DNA from: Promethearchaeota archaeon
GTDB lineage: Archaea; Asgardarchaeota; Lokiarchaeia; Sigyniarchaeales; SOKP01
Assembly (NCBI GenBank): GCA_016839765.1
Contig: JAEOTP010000053.1
Location: 1-19,899 of the forward strand
Direction of reading: 5' to 3'
DNA length: 19,899 bases
The first letter of the stretch is position 1; each line of letters begins with the position of its first letter. The notes beneath the pieces were generated by a model. It did no database searches. It worked only from the letters and a program-made list of their open reading frames with translations, and was not told the DNA's origin. This document shows, piece after piece, positions 16,275 to 19,899 of the stretch. The position numbers and the translations under genes were made by a program.

Positions 16275-16304
16275 TATAACTCAAAAAGTTATAGGAAAAA
16301 AAAA
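16275..16304 (-). terminator. Possible terminator downstream of the SRPBCC-like gene
   Basis: T9 tract on the minus strand (16304-16296) followed by a 7-bp inverted repeat TATAACT/AGTTATA (16275-16293). Confidence 0.35.
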
Positions 16305-16338
16305 GTTATTAATTATTTCAAATTACTTGTCCTCACTG

Positions 16339-16884
16339 TTATTGAGGACCGTGAACCATCTTCATACTAGGCGAAAATTTTGAAATACTTTTTCCTGTTT
16401 TCAGGTAATGGTCGATCATTTTGATAATTGCATTAAACGTTTTATTTTCAACATGAATGCTGTCAATTTCTTTATTTCCTTTTTCAGATAAAGCTGTATA
16501 TATATATTTCCAAGAAGTTGTTGTTGTTCCGTCTTTATTTTGAGTTAAACTGATCTTGCAATGAGTTAGCAAATCTTGTTGAAATCTCACAAATTCAATA
16601 GAGTTATTTAGCTTGAACCCTGTGAATGTCCATAGCCCTTCACCCATATGATCGGACTTTTCGGTTTGAAATACACACTTATCTTCTGCATAACCAGATT
16701 CTGTATAGATTAACTTACAATCCCATCCAGGAATCCAATCTGCTTCTCTAGCAGGACATAAGAGAGGAAAAATTTTCTCTGGTGTTGTATCAAGAGTCCC
16801 AGAAAATTCTTGAATTTTTCTTTTATATTTCGGTTCATGTTGCAAGTAATCTTGCACTATTCTTTCTGATTTTAAAGTATCCAT
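16339..16884 (-). CDS. Conserved hypothetical protein, probable SRPBCC/START-like fold
   Basis: TPEKIFPLLCP.RE.DWIPGW N-terminal motif, beta-rich middle and C-terminal helix ending IDHYLKTG. GGGAG SD-like sequence upstream. Confidence 0.7.
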   Translation of the reverse strand: MDTLKSERIVQDYLQHEPKYKRKIQEFSGTLDTTPEKIFPLLCPAREADWIPGWDCKLIYTESGYAEDKCVFQTEKSDHMGEGLWTFTGFKLNNSIEFVRFQQDLLTHCKISLTQNKDGTTTTSWKYIYTALSEKGNKEIDSIHVENKTFNAIIKMIDHYLKTGKSISKFSPSMKMVHGPQ

Positions 16885-16942
16885 TTTAATTAACTCCCAT
16901 GTTTTTGAATATTTTAAGAATTATTTCTTTAAATAGTAAAAC

Positions 16943-16965
16943 TTGTGTTTAGTATCTAAACACAA
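16943..16965. promoter_or_regulatory. Putative MarR operator 1 (perfect 10-3-10 palindrome)
   Basis: TTGTGTTTAG-TAT-CTAAACACAA, immediately downstream of a minus-strand TTATATAT box (16974-16967). Confidence 0.75.
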
Positions 16966-17038
16966 TATATATAAGTTTATTCTAATATAAAAACTTTTTT
17001 TTGCATTAAATCGAGATTTAAAACAAAAAATATATAAT

Positions 17039-17061
17039 ATGTGTTTAGTTACTAAAATCAA
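17039..17061. promoter_or_regulatory. Putative MarR operator 2 (imperfect copy, autoregulatory)
   Basis: ATGTGTTTAG-TTA-CTAAAATCAA lies between TATATAA (17031-17037) and ATG 17063. Confidence 0.65.
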
Positions 17062-17062
17062 T

Positions 17063-17518
17063 ATGGTTCAAGATAAGGTACTTGTAGAGAAGATTCTTGA
17101 AATTCTAAATAAAGTTGCATTTTTGGATAGGAGAAGAATTATTATATATGATGACATCAAACTCTATCCTTCAGAGATTCATCTATTATTATTCTTACAT
17201 TATGTCCAAGATAAAAATATAACAAATATTGCTCATAAGATGGGTTTAACAAAGGGAGCCATCTCTCAGACTCTCTCTCGACTTTATAATAAAGGAATTA
17301 TTAAAAAAGAGACTGATCCACATAAAAAGAATGAATTACATGCTCATTTTACAACTAAAGGTCAGAAGCTAGCGAAACATATAATTGAAGTGAAAAATTC
17401 AATTGAATCTAAATACTTAACATATATAAAAACGCTTTCAGAAAGGGATAAAAAAACAATATCGGATTTCCTTGATAAGATGGTTTCAATATTGCACAAT
17501 AAACATCAATTAAGTTGA
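17063..17518 (+). CDS. MarR family transcriptional regulator
   Basis: LYPSEIHLL, NITNIAHKMGLTKGAISQTLSRLYNKGII winged HTH and FTTKG. ATG 17063 is preferred to 17039 because the TATA box and operator 2 occupy 17031-17061. Confidence 0.92.
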   Translation: MVQDKVLVEKILEILNKVAFLDRRRIIIYDDIKLYPSEIHLLLFLHYVQDKNITNIAHKMGLTKGAISQTLSRLYNKGIIKKETDPHKKNELHAHFTTKGQKLAKHIIEVKNSIESKYLTYIKTLSERDKKTISDFLDKMVSILHNKHQLS

Positions 17519-17618
17519 ATCATGTCTTCAATTCAGTTTAATTTATATATTAATTGTTTTTATATCAATACTTCTAAAGGAATAAAAACATTTTAAATAA
17601 AATTAGAAAGATAATAAA

Positions 17619-19436
17619 TTATTTCACATATTTTCCAAATTGAGGAAATTTCCTCAATTGAGTAGCATTAAAGACAGGCCCTTCTTTACATACAGTAACA
17701 TCATTATTTTCACCAATACAACAAGAACCGCATAAACCGACCCCACATTTCATTTTCCTTTCCAAACTAGCCTGTATCTCTATTTTATGAGCTTCAGCAA
17801 TTTCTAAGACACGTTTCATCATAACTTCCGGTCCACATGTTATTATAAGGTCTATTTTTTCTTTCTTTATAAGATCTTCAACCGTGTCTGTCACTAAGCA
17901 CTTTTTTCCAAAAGATCCATCCTCTGTAGCACACATTGTATTTGGAATTAGTTCAATTAATCTTTCAGAAAAGAGCAACGAAGCTTCATCTTTCGCGCCT
18001 ATAGAAACAAAAAAATTTTTCTTATTTTTCTTAAGTGGCTCGATCAAAGATGTTAAAGCAGCTATACCCATTCCCCCACCAACTACTAAGATATTATTTG
18101 TATCTTCATAGTTAAAAGTATTACCATATGGTCCTCGAATTCCTATTAAATCTCCCGTTTGTAGTTCAAATAATTTAGTGGTACCTTCGCCAATCTTTTG
18201 GACAGTAATTTCGAGCATATTTCCTTCAACACTTGAGATAGACATTGGAAAAAAGTCAACATTAGGAATCCAAAGTATTACAAACATTCCTGGACGATAA
18301 GCCTTGGCAATTCTTTGATTTCTAACAATAAAACTCTTAATATCTTGAGAATGTTCAACAATGGAATCAATTTCTACGATCTCTACCTTGTTCCTTGTAA
18401 TATCTAACACTAATTCTTCCTCATCTTTTCCAAGTGGTTTTATCTCGATGAATCCTTGATCTAAGGCTAAATCAAAAACTTCTTTGCCCCGTTTTGTTCT
18501 AATTATAAATGTGTCCCACCCTTGTTCACTACCAACCCTCCCCACTGAGATATCAGCAAACGATGCGGTATAGTCAGAACATGTAAAACAAGCGTTTCTA
18601 ATGGCTTTTTCATATAGATAATTAAATGCAATTTCTTTTGTTGTTGAGTTTGTTTTAACTTGCATTTTAAAGTTATGTTGATGAGAATCAATCATTTCAA
18701 TCTGGTTTAGTTTAATGTCTAATTCCATATATAACTCACTCAATTCTTGATTATGAAATGTGCCGAAACAAAAAGTACCAACTGCTAAAGAAACTAAATC
18801 ATACGCTTCATAATCAAAAATAGAATGGTTTTGTAGCTTTCTTAAAGCTTGAATTTGGCAAGGAGTTCCAACTACAGCAATATCAGTAAACCCTTTATTA
18901 ATAGCTTCTCCTAAAAGCGATATCGTTGGACTTTGACTTGGTTTATAGCCAGCACCTCTGAATAAATCTTGTTTATTTTTAGCAATCATAGGAAATGGTC
19001 TGAAATTTTCATCTTTATCAGTAATAATAGAAGCGTCAATCAAACTATTTTGCATTGCAACCCATAATAAACCAGTTAAAGGCCCAGCACGACTAGGAAT
19101 AACTTCTCTGGCCTTATCTGTTAATCTTACCGAATAAATATCAATGTAGTGCCCCAAAATTTTGTCATGCTTTTTTCCAAAAACCCATTTATCCAATAAA
19201 GATAATGAAATTCTGTCAATTTCTGTTTTAGGGCATAAGTTATAACATAATCCAAAACCATCTCTACAAGTATTTGCATCTTTACACGAACCATCTTCTA
19301 TAGGTATTTCCTTCTCTCTATTAAATTTAATATTCGCACAAAAAGCAGCACAAGCTCCACAATATACACATTTGTTTGTTTTTATAATCTCATTTTCTAA
19401 TTCAGTCCAACCCTTTTTAACTTTTCCAATAAACAC
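17619..19436 (-). CDS. Fusion: 2x[4Fe-4S] + FrhB/FpoF-like domain + PyrK/HydG-like FAD/NAD(P)/[2Fe-2S] electron transfer domain
   Basis: Residues 1-350 carry CVYCGACAAFC, GLCYNLCP, VVGTPCQIQALRK, GTFCFG and CFTCSDYTASFADISVG. Residues 351-605 carry RPGMFV, GPYGN, VGGGMGIA, TCGPEVMM and MKCGVGLCGSC..VCKEGPVF. Single uninterrupted frame, GTG start. Confidence 0.88.
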   Translation of the reverse strand: MFIGKVKKGWTELENEIIKTNKCVYCGACAAFCANIKFNREKEIPIEDGSCKDANTCRDGFGLCYNLCPKTEIDRISLSLLDKWVFGKKHDKILGHYIDIYSVRLTDKAREVIPSRAGPLTGLLWVAMQNSLIDASIITDKDENFRPFPMIAKNKQDLFRGAGYKPSQSPTISLLGEAINKGFTDIAVVGTPCQIQALRKLQNHSIFDYEAYDLVSLAVGTFCFGTFHNQELSELYMELDIKLNQIEMIDSHQHNFKMQVKTNSTTKEIAFNYLYEKAIRNACFTCSDYTASFADISVGRVGSEQGWDTFIIRTKRGKEVFDLALDQGFIEIKPLGKDEEELVLDITRNKVEIVEIDSIVEHSQDIKSFIVRNQRIAKAYRPGMFVILWIPNVDFFPMSISSVEGNMLEITVQKIGEGTTKLFELQTGDLIGIRGPYGNTFNYEDTNNILVVGGGMGIAALTSLIEPLKKNKKNFFVSIGAKDEASLLFSERLIELIPNTMCATEDGSFGKKCLVTDTVEDLIKKEKIDLIITCGPEVMMKRVLEIAEAHKIEIQASLERKMKCGVGLCGSCCIGENNDVTVCKEGPVFNATQLRKFPQFGKYVK

Positions 19437-19437
19437 G

Positions 19438-19899
19438 TTAATTATTTCCCTCCTTTAATCGTTTAAGAAACTCTATACCCTCTTGTTTGCCCAATTCAAA
19501 TGATTCTAAGTTTTTATCTAATGTAGAACTTGGTACGAATTTTTTGATAGTTTCAAGGGCAGATTCTTCAGAAAAAATACCAGAAAGAATCGTAAAGACA
19601 CCTAATAAAATTGAATTTCCATATACAATATTTCCAAATTTCTCAACAGCCATTTTCTGAATCGGTATACCCAAAGATTTGTCAACCTTCTTAGCTGCTC
19701 TAACTTTTTGAATGGTAGAATTATCCCAGATTAAATAGCCTGTATTGGGTTCTTTCTTTATCATATTTGGTTTAACATCTGCAGCTGCTTCTTCAGAAAG
19801 AATAATTAAAAAATCATAAGGCTCTAGTGCTTTTGGATAATCAATAATTTTCACAGTTTTATCTAAATCAATAACGACTTCAGCCCAGCACTTTCCTCC
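19438..19899 (-). CDS. 2-oxoacid:ferredoxin oxidoreductase gamma subunit (5' end outside window)
   Basis: The frame stays open to the window edge (GGKCWAEVVIDLDKTVKIIDYP...). It carries the POR/KOR gamma-type motifs NSILLG and KNLESFELG. Confidence 0.85.
   Translation of the reverse strand, partial: GGKCWAEVVIDLDKTVKIIDYPKALEPYDFLIILSEEAAADVKPNMIKKEPNTGYLIWDNSTIQKVRAAKKVDKSLGIPIQKMAVEKFGNIVYGNSILLGVFTILSGIFSEESALETIKKFVPSSTLDKNLESFELGKQEGIEFLKRLKEGNN

Noticed and set aside
2698-17518. Selenocysteine or pyrrolysine readthrough at TGA/TAG stops (2698, 12967, 13962, 17518)
   Set aside because: Each is followed shortly by an in-frame TAA with no meaningful extension, and the proteins look complete.
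17884-18691. ORFs 17884-18111 (+) and 18503-18691 (-)
   Set aside because: Contained within the FrhB-PyrK gene with no independent evidence.
1-19899. CRISPR arrays, tRNA/rRNA, transposases, integrases or known defence systems
   Set aside because: No regularly spaced repeats, no GC-rich structured RNA and no such protein motifs. The CPBP (Abi) domain name does not by itself imply phage abortive infection.

Overview
Gene-dense, very AT-rich window (roughly 30% GC by eye) with 19 credible CDSs, 17 of them on the minus strand. I see no rRNA, tRNA, CRISPR array or mobile element. TATA-like boxes about 25 nt before starts, oligo-T terminators, frequent GTG/TTG starts, an F420-enzyme domain and a CxxC..CxxH zinc-finger protein suggest an anaerobic archaeon, most likely Asgard/Lokiarchaeia (inference). 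Content in order: MBL-fold hydrolase, B12-binding radical SAM, orphan lsrF, Zn-finger protein with a possible DENN-like middle domain, rubredoxin-MBL fusion, membrane M28 peptidase, ABC permease fused to a CPBP/Abi (Rce1-like) protease plus its ATPase, Firmicute-type sdaAA/sdaAB, three tandem EamA paralogs, DUF3795, a QueG/RdhA-like Fe-S protein, an SRPBCC-like gene divergent from MarR with two visible operators, and an FpoF/FrhB-PyrK fusion directly downstream of a 2-oxoacid:ferredoxin oxidoreductase gamma subunit. The best candidates for undescribed systems are the FrhB-PyrK fusion (a possible ferredoxin/F420/NAD(P) electron hub) and the ABC permease-CPBP protease fusion. All family calls come from motif recognition, not database searches.
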